Of a DNA stretch of 56,390 nt, positions 40,301 to 50,100 are shown one piece after another. Each line of letters begins with the position of its first letter. Within the stretch, counting starts at the first letter, position 1. The stretch comes from a virus. Lineage: Duplodnaviria; Caudoviricetes. The translations under genes and the position numbers were made by a program. The notes beneath the pieces were generated by a model, which saw only the letters and a list, made by a program, of their open reading frames with translations, had not been told where the DNA came from and did no database searches. The DNA is taken from positions 1-56,390 of the IMG/VR virus record IMGVR_UViG_3300006736_003202; one strand, 5' to 3'.

Positions 40301-43300
40301 GCGCCAATGCAACCACTATTGCTGGAACCCTGTCAGCAACCAGCACAGACGATTTTGCAGAATCAGGCAATCTACAAATTAACAGCGAGATTATTGCCTA
40401 TAACGGTAAAACCTCGACCACATTTACAGGATGCACCCGGGGAGCTTATCAAACTACTCCCGCTAACCACACCAGCGGCGATACGGTCACTCAAGAAGAA
40501 TTGGTGACTTGGCTACGCATGGGCGGCGGCCCACAAGACATAGCTCAGAGTGACGCACAACTTACGTCTTCGAACGATGGCACTGGGCCAGACTTCCCAG
40601 AGTCGGGCAGCAACGTCTTTATTGATGTCAAGGGAAACAACAGTTATGCCATTCGAACTGGCAACAGTAAAGAAAACAACATGGTATACAATGCTGTGGG
40701 ATACTTGCCCAACAACTCAGATTTTGCACCGCTTGGCGGGTGCCAAGGAGATATCGTAGGATATAAGGAAGTGTGCACCTATACTACCGGCTCTCAATAT
40801 GACAACTGGTATGTTCAGCATCCTATCCCTCGCACCGACAAGCAATATGCATGGATCACTGGAGCGTTGAGTACATCCATAGATACCCTGATTAATCGCT
40901 ATAACCAGTTTTCGCCATACCAAGATACGTCTATAGGTTCAATGATTACGAACGGATATCCCCTTCTGGAGGGGTATCACTCTGGCACCGCGGGCATAAG
41001 TTCTTACTTTACGTTCGTGTCTTGCAGCGAGCTTCGACCAAATGATTTAACACAAGTTACTGCTCACACACCGCAACCCCCCTTGCGCTTAAACACCCTA
41101 ACTCTTGAAAACGCTGATTACTCACTGAACACGCTGGGCAATTCTGCGGCCGACGAGACCGTGATCATGAATGATGCCGCCCTCGCTACTGCTAGCATAG
41201 ATAAATATTGGAATCGACCACTGCAGAACTCCCTTTTCCGGACAACAATCGATTATAAATTTAATACAAATTATCTTAACTTAATATTAACGCGTCGCGC
41301 CAGCACTTATGGGTGGGGGTGGAAAAAGCTACACCAAGGGGATAATCCCATTTTACGCAATGAGCGCCTTTCTGCATCAATCAGCGTAGCTAATAAATTT
41401 GGTGTCACACAACGCTATAGAATGTCACCCTGCACAACTAAGGGGCGACCAGCGCTGGTTAACTTTAGTTCTCCGACTTCTTCCGAAGAAGTGCCGGCAG
41501 AGGCCCAAAAACAAAGCTACCTTCTCACTGGGATGAAAGAGGATATGCCTACGGTCGAAAACAACATGACTTTAAAAATAACAAATAATAATGAAAAATT
41601 GTTTTTTGACAGCACCGAGCTAAATGACATATATTCTCGCCCACCGAGTCGTGTCACCACCCCCCTTGATCAGATTATAAAGATCATCAAGAATCCCCCC
41701 TACAGTCTTAAGTGGGTGAAATATACTGAAAGTGTATTCCCAACCCTTTATAACGAGAATTTCTCCGGCTCAACTCATCGTATTGGTTATGATAACAAAT
41801 ATTGGCGAGACTCAAAGAGGAAGCGCATTATTGCCGGCAACTTTACCGAAAACTCCTTTGGTATTCCAGTGTGGCAAAGTGAGTGGTGTTTGGATGCTCC
41901 CGACGGCTTCCTGAGTCGTTCTGCTGCCCAACTGCCAGAGAACACCGCCGCCGGCCGACGCATGAATTATAAGAAAAACAGCCGCGCCGGCGAGCTTCAG
42001 AACGAATACTTCTCGTGGTATGCCGGATACGGACATGCCGGATCCCAGAGGTACACATCTTTTGCTCCTGCGGCATTATATGCGCGCCCTCACATGCTGG
42101 CATCTCACGCATCCGTAGTATCCCCCACTGGCCCACGTATTGCTGAAACTGGGAGCTATAATCCGTCAGGATCTGATTTTGGTGTGGGAGGACTTATTGT
42201 AGAACTCTATGGCGGCCAAGCTAAGTGGGATGCCCCGGGTCAAGCCGGCATAATTGAAGGAGAAGGTACATCGGCGAGCTTTGTGGCAGCCCCATCCGAG
42301 CCATGGTTCGATACGTATGGTGACTATTTATACCAATTGAGATTAATTGCGAGAGACTACGCTATTGTCCCCGAATTTAGAATCAGTGAACATGTATCCG
42401 ATTATAAGAAGTATGGACTGCAGAACAAAGCCAAGCTAGATACCTTCGAGATAGTAGGAACTCAATATAGTAGTTCACAGCCTTCATTCTATCGTGACTA
42501 TTCCAATTCAGAATTCCTCAAAGACTTTCTTGATATTAAGAGAGAATCTTTATTAGACGCTAAAGAAATTCGATTGGTTTGCAGCGCGGCCATCCGCCTC
42601 AATCCTTACAAGGGGTTCTATCCAGCCCAACGTACGCTTGATTTGGTGTCTCAATTCTCCAAGTCGTATGCCTCGGGCATGATAGGATATTCTGTTGGTA
42701 TTGGAACAGCCTCCACCGGAGAAAACCTCTTGTCTGGTAACGCCGTGGCCACGCGGCCGCTAATGAATAAGCTGTTTTCACCAGGAATTTTATATAACTC
42801 TATTAAATCTGGAATGGCGGTTGATTATCCAGTAGTAACTGATTATAGCAAAGTTTCTGCTAGTTTCTTTGGTGATGCAGAGAGTGTTAACCCAGACAAG
42901 TCCTCCACTCAGTGGGCAATTAATGGAACGCATAGTCAGACAGCAGTTGATGCACGACAAATGCAGATAGGCTGGTCGTCAGGTTCTTTCTGGGACGCCC
43001 GACTTCCCTTCGAAACAATAATAGACCCCAGCAAATATATTAAGGGCTATTCCTTTGAAAACATAGAACCACATCCGTCAATGTCCTTTAATGTCACAGC
43101 AGCATGGGCAGGAAATTCCACCGATGGTTTGTATGCCTTGATGGCAAACAACTTCTTTGGAGAAACAGCCAATTTCTTCCTAAAAGACAGTCAATTTACA
43201 TCCTTAAGGTCGGAAGTAATGGGGGACGATATGAAATTTCCTGCCGGCTCCGTTTTTGGCGCGCGCCTCAAGGTTCGCAGATCTACATCCGGCCCTCGAA

Positions 43301-45693
43301 CCTACCAATATGAATCTGGTTCGAATGGAGACAATACTTATTATAATTTGCATGGAGCGGTGGCATATTCCGGTTCGGCCATCACATCCAACACATCCAT
43401 GAAAATAAGTGGAACAATAGAACTCCCACAAGATCCGTGCAAAAACCCACTCTTCAAAGAAAACTTTACTCTTTATAGCCGCCCCACCGCATTTGGTCCT
43501 CCGATTTCTGGCCGGCCAGCCCCTGGCCAAATAAATCAAGTCGCGGTTAATTATGCTTCGACATATGGCGTTATGGATTGCTTTAACGGATTTAACTGGT
43601 CATTCACTCCCCCTTATTACAACGGAGAAGCGTGGGTAGATCTGGTCTTTTGGCCAGATTCCACCAAAACCTATGATCTAGAAGCCATATTAGCAGAGAC
43701 CAAAGCTGTGTATCGTCGTTGTGATGCCGGCCCACCAATTCGGAATACTCCCGACCTCGCCGGAGGAATACCAAGAGATACTTCCCCCTCTTTAATTGTC
43801 GATTGGACCAATAACACTATCTCCGGCGGCGGAGGGAGTAACATAGCATTCGAAGAGATCTATAGCGGCCGCAATATAGATCAAAATGCCATGCAACTTA
43901 GCGCCAGTTTAAACTTGTTCGGCATCGAAAGAGTAGCCGAAGAAGAAGTCAATAAATTTGGTGAAGTGCTCAAAACACTTAATAAGACCGTTGGCAAGCG
44001 CTGGGTTATTCAGCCCAAATGGGAAACACCACACATGAACTTTAATGATGAGGGGTTTCACCCTATTACCGCTGTCGCTGGCAACCTGAGTGTGCCAACA
44101 TATGCGTCTGCTTCCGTGCCGCGAGGAATGTGGCATCAATTTGGAATAATCGATCCCGATCCTGATAAAGGGATTTTTATGGAGATTGGCGAAATTCCCC
44201 CAAATTGGCTCAAGCATCATTATGAAGTAATTGACGAGGCGTCTGTTTATAACAATGAAGATGCTGGCATCGGCCAAACCATCCACCGTAAGATGAAATC
44301 ACTTGCAGATCTAACAGGATTTAATAAGAGTACTCAATCGCAAAAACTTGGACAATTGGCCGAATCACGAACGATTCGCGAAGCCATCGTCGCCGTACCC
44401 TATATCATTGAAAGCGTACGCAAATCTAAGCCGGCTCTCATGAAAGATGTGTCGGGACAGTTTGCATCGAGGCGTAAGAGGTTTATTAACATTCCTATGA
44501 AAAGGTATAAGGCAGCACTTAAAAACGCCCAGGGCTCTAAAATAGGAGATTCGTTGGATACCGCCGGCGCTTCAATTAGAAAGTTAACTCAAAAAATGGA
44601 ACGATACGTCCTACCCCCACAGTTCGATTTCCTCAACAATCCAAAAATTAAGCCTATTGTGATGTATATGTTTGAGTTTGAATATGAATTAGACAAAGAC
44701 GATCTCTCTTATATATGGCAGAACCTTGCTCCTAGAGATTATAAGAAGATGACTCTTCAACATCAATCCGTAGCCCACGAACTGATGGACACTGAGCTAC
44801 TAACAGAGAAAAACTTAACTAAAAATCAAAATCTTCGATGGATGCTCTTTAAGGTTAAACAACGCTCCCAAGGAAATTATTGGGACTTGGTAGCTACTCA
44901 GGTGGGAAGAGTGCCGCAAGCCCGTACTTCTAACAAGGATAGAAGCTCTCAGTCTCACACCTTATCTCCGCCCACTATCAACAAAGATAAAGATAATGAA
45001 CGGAACACATACCCGCTCATGTACAACTGGCCTTATGATTACTTATCTTTTGTGGAACTAATTAAGATGGATGTAGAAGTGTTGTATCGAGAAGGTCAAC
45101 AAAAACAGGAGTATAACTTGCAGAAGATGTCAGCTAGTGCGGCAATGTCCAGCCAACTTAAAGAAGCCTCAACGTTTGCTGGTGGCTCCGGTGTTGTAGT
45201 AACGGCCCGTGAGATGGCCCTGGCCGGCATGGCGCTATCACAAAAAACAACAGTAGCAAAAATATCCGACATGAAGGTGGTTGGAGTTAGCGCAACACAA
45301 AGCCCGATGGTCGCAACAACCCCCACAGGTCGAAAAGTGACCACCACCAAACAATCAACTGGCAATAGCAGCCCTGAGAAGAAGCAAGGGGTAACGTCTA
45401 ATAATGCTGGACACACTCATACATTTAGTGTTGATAGCCAAGGAAATGGTTGGGCATTGGCCGCCTCTTCGCCAGCTGATCGCCGCATTTCTCACCGTCA
45501 CCGCATCAGAAACTGGAAAGTATACGAATCGCAGAGTCCGTGCTATCCTGACTGTAAGAAGGTCTACGGTACCGAAGGTGTACCTCCGCACACCCATACA
45601 ATTAACACCCCCGGCACCCCAACCAAAAAAGATGTTAAAGTAGACGTCTCCAGCTTGAGTTCAGCAGGTAAATTAACTCCAGGAAAATATTAA
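34321..45693 (+). CDS. Giant (3790 aa) baseplate/adhesion protein: gp7/tail-I-like segment plus LamG (ConA-like) domains
   Basis: LamG motifs WHHYAIV..LYVDGK..GSMDEFRFWKTARSAEEI and WTHLVVTYDG..IDEVSFY..DLSASEV; wedge motif IFKSKGTEKAIR; His-x-His C-terminus. Confidence 0.8.
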   Translation: MSIKKLFDSTHTPKNYLGETDEKQAYKDVESATNVEAIRTKQEAFVPQIDYKDPENFAKFGSAYLYYKAGIERIVDYYPYDGSDAEINTFYNECLNIEKYIFDKLYPRTTGYVNMSVGGWGAVAEAPSAGNSYYGTPSTLEYITFKGGPHTTNATSLVAKSPNPSNNKFQDANIYDETPYVTAGMPATYGSGSRTSNLKSDFGAGVTIEFWLTTGSTTPASFVANNTQKQVVLDIWNNEYIAPGTANRSEHYGRISIVLDGDAGSGSPFLLTVQSGSSGGIVEQTIGQNINLNTLSKWHHYAIVLENTGSRFKSTLYVDGKMNQINTYANSISTLNPKNMMGRIGGLLTMPTVASSTATSGSGKLTGSMDEFRFWKTARSAEEIGKHWFTQVRGGTNSDISNTTLGIYYKFNAGITTDTASDAVILDYSGRISNGAWTGYTTNSRNTGSAIVSASAASKEYRDPIIRAEHPDVASLKKSLLASGSFHDLNNGTAFLHYMPGWVIEEQESEDGSDHLSKMCHIMGAYFDNLYLMIREVPRFKGKTYTSSSYKPVPFAKHFPQSLGLYVPELFVDSEVMERFLNRDDDSLFEGDLTETKNLIYLNLYNNLTNIFKSKGTEKAIRNVYRCFNIDDGLVRLNVYSDNNVYELQNNLKQVIEKRTSLNFNYPGNTNAVVYQRQSGAYGTSTGYQTDTTGSVTGSLIDVNYAGAENTYGLTLEADVEFPDYVDIENSLLPGRDRTRSSLFGMYTVNTASTQCLFGTDTAWVSEDSPDRGRGGLDYANMQVSVRKDPINPKNVYFQLSSSNSPYYIPLLTSSIFYDVYNNERWNLAVRIKPSLALAEIVSGATDYTYDVSFRGASTMLGDVRRSFAVTTSLTKTQGHNLLGSTKRVYAGARRTNITGTVLTASDVRFAGVRYWGRYLEDNTLNQHAFDYDNSGISGSYENIAFRDRYLSAQDVLNSSMLFLDWRFDGITGSNIGGDFVVKDYSSGSSVLRENYGWIGNYQGYQHTGYGYGFRTSSANVVNTEKVSSYKFVDPERVISSDMIKILSDDDKAFGYREAIPSYRYTLEKSMQNVISEEMLNFFAGVVDFNNLIGESVNRYRMRYKGLDKLRESFFRRVTKTSTVEKFVKYYRWFDDAIAEVVAQILPASADFNPHTLNVVESHILERPKYRHLFPTTEFQEPFLDVALMGVIEMLYPAVLGRSPLGESPRPTNKHKTFWAERAERNEGEITSGDKIVDEQRNMFRDVIYSAPELPTPDQISYTTLKSAYKAHRYEKRRFGQIYRMTQKLFRPIHAGTNFKENKEIGFTYSALYPAGPVNTDDEVFVPENVLVAYEEDLQELPEVVNEAAYGQLDWNPNKKIKRFVKVNHGRHWERGLGYYNTLSKFSFPFNLMKSSVTTGYNKQIVDGFAENVELTNLHHDTYGDMFEVPMQGPFTYDSVGGHQSRHIALNRSASSPAQQHQDYDGLDNYLTRPEAWKILTGRCVGNSGSLGMVGADYPWPEANEEGENPYPMTGAQKAIYYRDYVAKRPVNIKNIAYTTASRFLGNYQHNYQVVSSMGSYTNPRRFIDFQPTLPTNVVGNRLKTDVVNIIQNIDRGTSAPSSSDATPGTSSHFDWNLDYAPVQFTGALNKSIFVGRFRAPGGREIQSRGFLDIRGAEYSVYNALPYRNLSVRKPQQPPSGSPDRQTQGIRVRDIHGKDWGLNPLLARHTARFGRDSYWVSGTTAVINGPVYTAGGPGASFLQYPGFHKVHRNNVKKLKLDSCTSTPIYSIANPLVNTKALSFAMSGYSGNRSESLIKSASFSTDFNKITISLWLYRHNTGLNGQLRGIVTFGDDVNAGGAGVDGYPTIALLCSSDYKPRFKSVVVGGTNGDWSIDAEIPSESWTHLVVTYDGTSTTAIPTFYMNAVSQSISSFQSPSDTMQSITDKYPGYSRIGNKYAGGASGYQVLSGTSIDEVSFYRTDLSASEVSTIYCSGKVLDLTSSDAPRIASTTLSANATTIAGTLSATSTDDFAESGNLQINSEIIAYNGKTSTTFTGCTRGAYQTTPANHTSGDTVTQEELVTWLRMGGGPQDIAQSDAQLTSSNDGTGPDFPESGSNVFIDVKGNNSYAIRTGNSKENNMVYNAVGYLPNNSDFAPLGGCQGDIVGYKEVCTYTTGSQYDNWYVQHPIPRTDKQYAWITGALSTSIDTLINRYNQFSPYQDTSIGSMITNGYPLLEGYHSGTAGISSYFTFVSCSELRPNDLTQVTAHTPQPPLRLNTLTLENADYSLNTLGNSAADETVIMNDAALATASIDKYWNRPLQNSLFRTTIDYKFNTNYLNLILTRRASTYGWGWKKLHQGDNPILRNERLSASISVANKFGVTQRYRMSPCTTKGRPALVNFSSPTSSEEVPAEAQKQSYLLTGMKEDMPTVENNMTLKITNNNEKLFFDSTELNDIYSRPPSRVTTPLDQIIKIIKNPPYSLKWVKYTESVFPTLYNENFSGSTHRIGYDNKYWRDSKRKRIIAGNFTENSFGIPVWQSEWCLDAPDGFLSRSAAQLPENTAAGRRMNYKKNSRAGELQNEYFSWYAGYGHAGSQRYTSFAPAALYARPHMLASHASVVSPTGPRIAETGSYNPSGSDFGVGGLIVELYGGQAKWDAPGQAGIIEGEGTSASFVAAPSEPWFDTYGDYLYQLRLIARDYAIVPEFRISEHVSDYKKYGLQNKAKLDTFEIVGTQYSSSQPSFYRDYSNSEFLKDFLDIKRESLLDAKEIRLVCSAAIRLNPYKGFYPAQRTLDLVSQFSKSYASGMIGYSVGIGTASTGENLLSGNAVATRPLMNKLFSPGILYNSIKSGMAVDYPVVTDYSKVSASFFGDAESVNPDKSSTQWAINGTHSQTAVDARQMQIGWSSGSFWDARLPFETIIDPSKYIKGYSFENIEPHPSMSFNVTAAWAGNSTDGLYALMANNFFGETANFFLKDSQFTSLRSEVMGDDMKFPAGSVFGARLKVRRSTSGPRTYQYESGSNGDNTYYNLHGAVAYSGSAITSNTSMKISGTIELPQDPCKNPLFKENFTLYSRPTAFGPPISGRPAPGQINQVAVNYASTYGVMDCFNGFNWSFTPPYYNGEAWVDLVFWPDSTKTYDLEAILAETKAVYRRCDAGPPIRNTPDLAGGIPRDTSPSLIVDWTNNTISGGGGSNIAFEEIYSGRNIDQNAMQLSASLNLFGIERVAEEEVNKFGEVLKTLNKTVGKRWVIQPKWETPHMNFNDEGFHPITAVAGNLSVPTYASASVPRGMWHQFGIIDPDPDKGIFMEIGEIPPNWLKHHYEVIDEASVYNNEDAGIGQTIHRKMKSLADLTGFNKSTQSQKLGQLAESRTIREAIVAVPYIIESVRKSKPALMKDVSGQFASRRKRFINIPMKRYKAALKNAQGSKIGDSLDTAGASIRKLTQKMERYVLPPQFDFLNNPKIKPIVMYMFEFEYELDKDDLSYIWQNLAPRDYKKMTLQHQSVAHELMDTELLTEKNLTKNQNLRWMLFKVKQRSQGNYWDLVATQVGRVPQARTSNKDRSSQSHTLSPPTINKDKDNERNTYPLMYNWPYDYLSFVELIKMDVEVLYREGQQKQEYNLQKMSASAAMSSQLKEASTFAGGSGVVVTAREMALAGMALSQKTTVAKISDMKVVGVSATQSPMVATTPTGRKVTTTKQSTGNSSPEKKQGVTSNNAGHTHTFSVDSQGNGWALAASSPADRRISHRHRIRNWKVYESQSPCYPDCKKVYGTEGVPPHTHTINTPGTPTKKDVKVDVSSLSSAGKLTPGKY

Positions 45694-47111
45694 TGGCACT
45701 CTTTCTAAATAAAAAAGAACAAGTTTATGACTTGGAATTAACCTCTTACGGTCGCTATTTATTGTCTATCGGGACCTTTAAGCCCGTATACTATACTTTT
45801 TTAGATGACAATATTTTATATGATGGAGCCTACGCAGGAATTACAGAAAGCCAAAATTCTATCGAGGAAAGGATACGGAACTCTGCCCATTTTGAGAGCC
45901 CCACTTTATTTGCAGATGTGGAAAAATACCAACAAGAATTCCAGGGCGCCCCATTTAATGTATATGAAAGTATATTTTCTCAAGAGCGCTCAATTCCCCG
46001 TCGTGATATCTTTAAGATAAACTCTATTATAGGAGATATGAGACTGGAGAGTGACGGACCGAAAACACCAGCATGGAAGATTGTAAGCCTACAGGGGCAA
46101 ATAACTAGTTCGCAATATTCGGATTTTAAAGAAGATTCAGATATCCCCCAAGTCAACATAGACCTTAATTATAATATGCGTATCTTGCCGGCCGAATTCC
46201 CATACGATCCGGAAAATGTGATAGACATAATAGGACAAACAGACACCTTTTCGGATAATAGCATGATTAAAATAGAACCAGATGATGCAATGATATATAT
46301 AGACGAGGTTAATACGGAAATATTAACCGAAAACTACGATATAGAGATTTTTTATATATCTGAATATTCGCCGGATTATGGGTACGCTGAAGGTCAAATT
46401 ACGTTTCCGGGGAAGGAACCCTATACTGGCGCTGGACTGAAAGACACCATTCGCATAGGCGACGGCACCACTCATGCTGTATTTGAGTTTACGAACGGTA
46501 CCGCCATTGGAGACAATATCAAGGTGGAGGTTCCATCCCCATATGACGTCACAATACAGCAACAAAATTTTATAACAGCTTTTTTAGAACTCACCACACT
46601 TAACATAGTTGTATTTAGCGAAGATAGGACTAGTAAGGTATTGTTCTTAAAAGCCAATAGAAAAGGTCCGGAATTTAATGTAAATATTGAGCTAGCCAGC
46701 CCAAACTGGACCGGCCTCGAAGACAACGAGTGGATAGTAAAAGGGATGCTGGGAGGAGATGAGCCCCGTACGGCCCTACACCGAAAATATTTTCAAAAAA
46801 CGCTTTCCCAAGTAGAAGGGGGCTTTATGATGCGCGCCCAACCAGATCCCCTTCCGCCAGATCTCATTCCGGGCGACAATGCAAACCCACCGCGCACCGG
46901 TGGAAGCTACACCACCAGCAGTGTGGAATATTATTTTGATATTTTAAGAGACCAGGAAGTGAATCAGGCCATGGCATGTCAAAGTGCGGAGATGTTTAAC
47001 AAAGAGTCTTATTATGTGGATTTTGATTTTGATTGTTCTGAGACTACAGGATCCCCGGTCTTTTTTGATATTTACGGAAGTGTAACGGAGCCAGAAATAT
47101 GTCAAGAATAA
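45693..47111 (+). CDS. Probable baseplate/tail protein (paralogous N-terminus with the 55319 gene)
   Basis: FL....D..LT..GR..L..G.F.......DD.I.Y N-terminus; TAATG coupling. Confidence 0.7.
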   Translation: MALFLNKKEQVYDLELTSYGRYLLSIGTFKPVYYTFLDDNILYDGAYAGITESQNSIEERIRNSAHFESPTLFADVEKYQQEFQGAPFNVYESIFSQERSIPRRDIFKINSIIGDMRLESDGPKTPAWKIVSLQGQITSSQYSDFKEDSDIPQVNIDLNYNMRILPAEFPYDPENVIDIIGQTDTFSDNSMIKIEPDDAMIYIDEVNTEILTENYDIEIFYISEYSPDYGYAEGQITFPGKEPYTGAGLKDTIRIGDGTTHAVFEFTNGTAIGDNIKVEVPSPYDVTIQQQNFITAFLELTTLNIVVFSEDRTSKVLFLKANRKGPEFNVNIELASPNWTGLEDNEWIVKGMLGGDEPRTALHRKYFQKTLSQVEGGFMMRAQPDPLPPDLIPGDNANPPRTGGSYTTSSVEYYFDILRDQEVNQAMACQSAEMFNKESYYVDFDFDCSETTGSPVFFDIYGSVTEPEICQE

Positions 47112-50100
47112 CTTTAAAAGGAGATACAACCAATACATTTGGAAGATTTTTACCAACACCTCGAATTCAAAAGGTGGAAATATACGATGATGCAAGCTTT
47201 CTTGTTGAGTATGCAATCTTTCTGCCGGTAGAAACAGACGAAGAATTAGCCCAAATGCTTGTTCATCTTGAAGAGAATGTGTCTATTTGTATGTCTGAAA
47301 CTCGTGCATTTAAGAATCGTTTTTTTGATGAATTAGTAAATTCTAACGCACCGGAAGAGGTATTTACGCCAATAAGGGAAGCGCTTCTTGGGGATTCATG
47401 GAAACCGGTAACTGAAGGCGGCTCCGACGAGGATTATTGGACAGGTTTTTTTAAAACTCCATATAACTTTGTAATTCCAGAAGTATTTGTCGATGCGAAC
47501 ATAGATACGGAAACAATATATGATAAGGAAGGAAAGCGATTCGCCAAGATAACGATGAGCTATATCCGGCCAACCCCCGACCCAGAAATAGTGAGTACAT
47601 GGGATGATATAAGTTGGTATGAGGATGGTGGTTTCGATGCTATCATGTTGTACTCTATGGATAGAAACTTTATAGAGACTGTCGCGGATATATCTAGCAC
47701 CTATCATATGATGACGCTATTAAGACAAAATCCCCTCTTAGTCCGAAGCATGATGAGCGATATTGATTACGAAGTGCTTCTTATTGGTAAAGAGGTGCCC
47801 AATAGAACTCAGATGATTTACGTAAACTCGGATGGAGGTCAATACACGGAATTACCCCTCCAGTCAGTAACTAATCAATATTTTGAACAAGACACCTACA
47901 CCTATGATGATATTTATGAAGACTTCAAGAGCCTTATAGATGATTATGATTATACTACAGCTGATGAAGAGCTAAAAAACGGTTTAGATCAAATGACCTA
48001 TGTGATTGAGAGTTATAAGGATAAGGTGGATTTAATTCCTGAATTAAATGCGCTAAGAAAGGCGTGGCCTAATCGAAATTTGGGAGAGCGCATCGGCCAC
48101 CTATACGAAAGGTTTAGGCGCCGCTTAGTAAATGCTAATAGCTCCGTTATTGAACAACCTCTTCTTCATAAAGAATTAGTCGTGGGCACCAAAGTTGTTG
48201 ATCAGCGTGGCCACACTTTTGATGCCTGGGAGGACCGCTGGAGTGACGACTCTAGTGCCGGCGACTTATCTCCGGGTCTCCTTAAAGAAGCTTATTGGGA
48301 CTACTATCGTCCTGGCGGCGGCAGCGGCGGCAGCGACTTCTCGGGCGCTGGCTGGCGGGGCACCCTCCTATACCCCACTTTTCGAATTAGTAACTATGCG
48401 TTTACATCCGGTGAGGCTATGAGTACTGTATCCGACTATGTGATGGCCAATGGATACTATTGGTTCGATTATGATAAGTTTGTATACACCCAGTGCCAGT
48501 TAAGTCGGTTTTATTCACCCACCAAGGTGATAAATTATTTTGGCAAAGAAGTTATGAACATGCATGTGCGCATCGCGGGCTCTACTATATACCGCACTCC
48601 GCAACCATGGTTGCGCGCTTATGGAACCACCGGGGGCGACGACATTTTTGTAGGCAACCACGCGTTCCGTGGAATTAAAATCGAAGCCGATAATGAAATG
48701 TGGCAATTTGAAAATCCGGAAACCACTGACGCACTAGCGAGCCCATTGACGGTTAAAAATTCTTATTATGATTCGGCTATTTATACCAATGGAGATGGCT
48801 TCGGCGCCACGGGTGACGAGGCCTCCCCCACCCCAGAGTCGGATGGATGGGGGACAAGAGAGATCGCCGCAAAACGAGGAGGTACTTTAAAGAGTTACAA
48901 CTATTTAAGGAACTTTTCCTTAGTGGGTCCGATCGAGGATGCAACCGCCGATATTGAAACCTTACAGAACTATAGAATGGCCTGTTTTGAATTTCAAGAT
49001 TTGTTCCCCAAAGAATTATTGAGAGGAGAAGGTTCACAGAGACCCATGGGTGGATCAATGTATTCAACACCCCCCCACGCCATGTATTATTCAGCCACCG
49101 TAAAGATGCGAGATTCATCGTTAGCGCTTGTAAAGGCAATAACCGGCAGCTATTTACGAACCCAAGCCGAACTGAGTGAATATGTAATAGATGCTTCTAC
49201 ATATTGTAGCTACAACGATATAGATAATCGCTTTAATCAGTTTTTTGTAGATTATATAGAGGGCTTATATGGAGAAGCAGAATCGCCCCCTTATGTTAAG
49301 GCTGCTACTCAATATCACCTTCATCGCGATCTTCTATATAATGAGTCGTACGGGGACCTGGGCACCGTGATGTATAAAGCAAAAGTGACAGCAGACGCTA
49401 TCGGCCCACATGGAGGCACGCTACCGGCATTAATGAAATTCTCCGATGATTATAAAGAACTATATGAGCAGAATTATAAAGGGATGGAGAACAATGCATT
49501 GGCAGAAGACACTTCAGGCTTTAGCGATATCGAAGGAGATTTTGCGGTGCGGGTGGGCCTGTCAACTTACGGAAATTTAAATGCGCACTTTCGCGACAGC
49601 GGTATGGACGGAGACCACTCCGTGAGTTTACATTTTCAGCGATATGGCTACTGTGACCTGCCGCCTCCAGACTCCCGGGACTTGCCGGTGGAAGGCAACT
49701 GGATCCAACCATGTTGGGAAACAGATTATGAAATGATATTGCCCGATTGGGAAATGGAACAAATCGAAGTCCAGCCCGGACACAACCCCAAGCCATTTAG
49801 TATCATTGAATGTGATGGGTGGGGGAATATTATAAGAGAAGAAGTGAATATGCATGGGTTTGAGGAACTCATAGCTATGTGTAGTTATTGGAAAAATATT
49901 CCTGGAGTAATAATTCAGAATTTCTGGCAAGAAGCCCACAAACATGCAACTTGGGCCGCTGATTCAGAATTTAGCGATGCTCATGGTGGCTTTGTTGCGC
50001 GAGGCATTGTTCATGACTTTTTAAGCACACTCGGGGGTACTACTAGTGTATTGATGGACCACGACCCACAATACACTAATGACTGGACAAACGCCAGCAA

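Noticed and set aside
24048-45693. Inteins, introns or stop-codon recoding in the giant ORFs
   Set aside because: No intein splice-junction or LAGLIDADG motifs noticed. ORFs are long and continuous in the standard code, and TAA, TGA and TAG are all used as stops.
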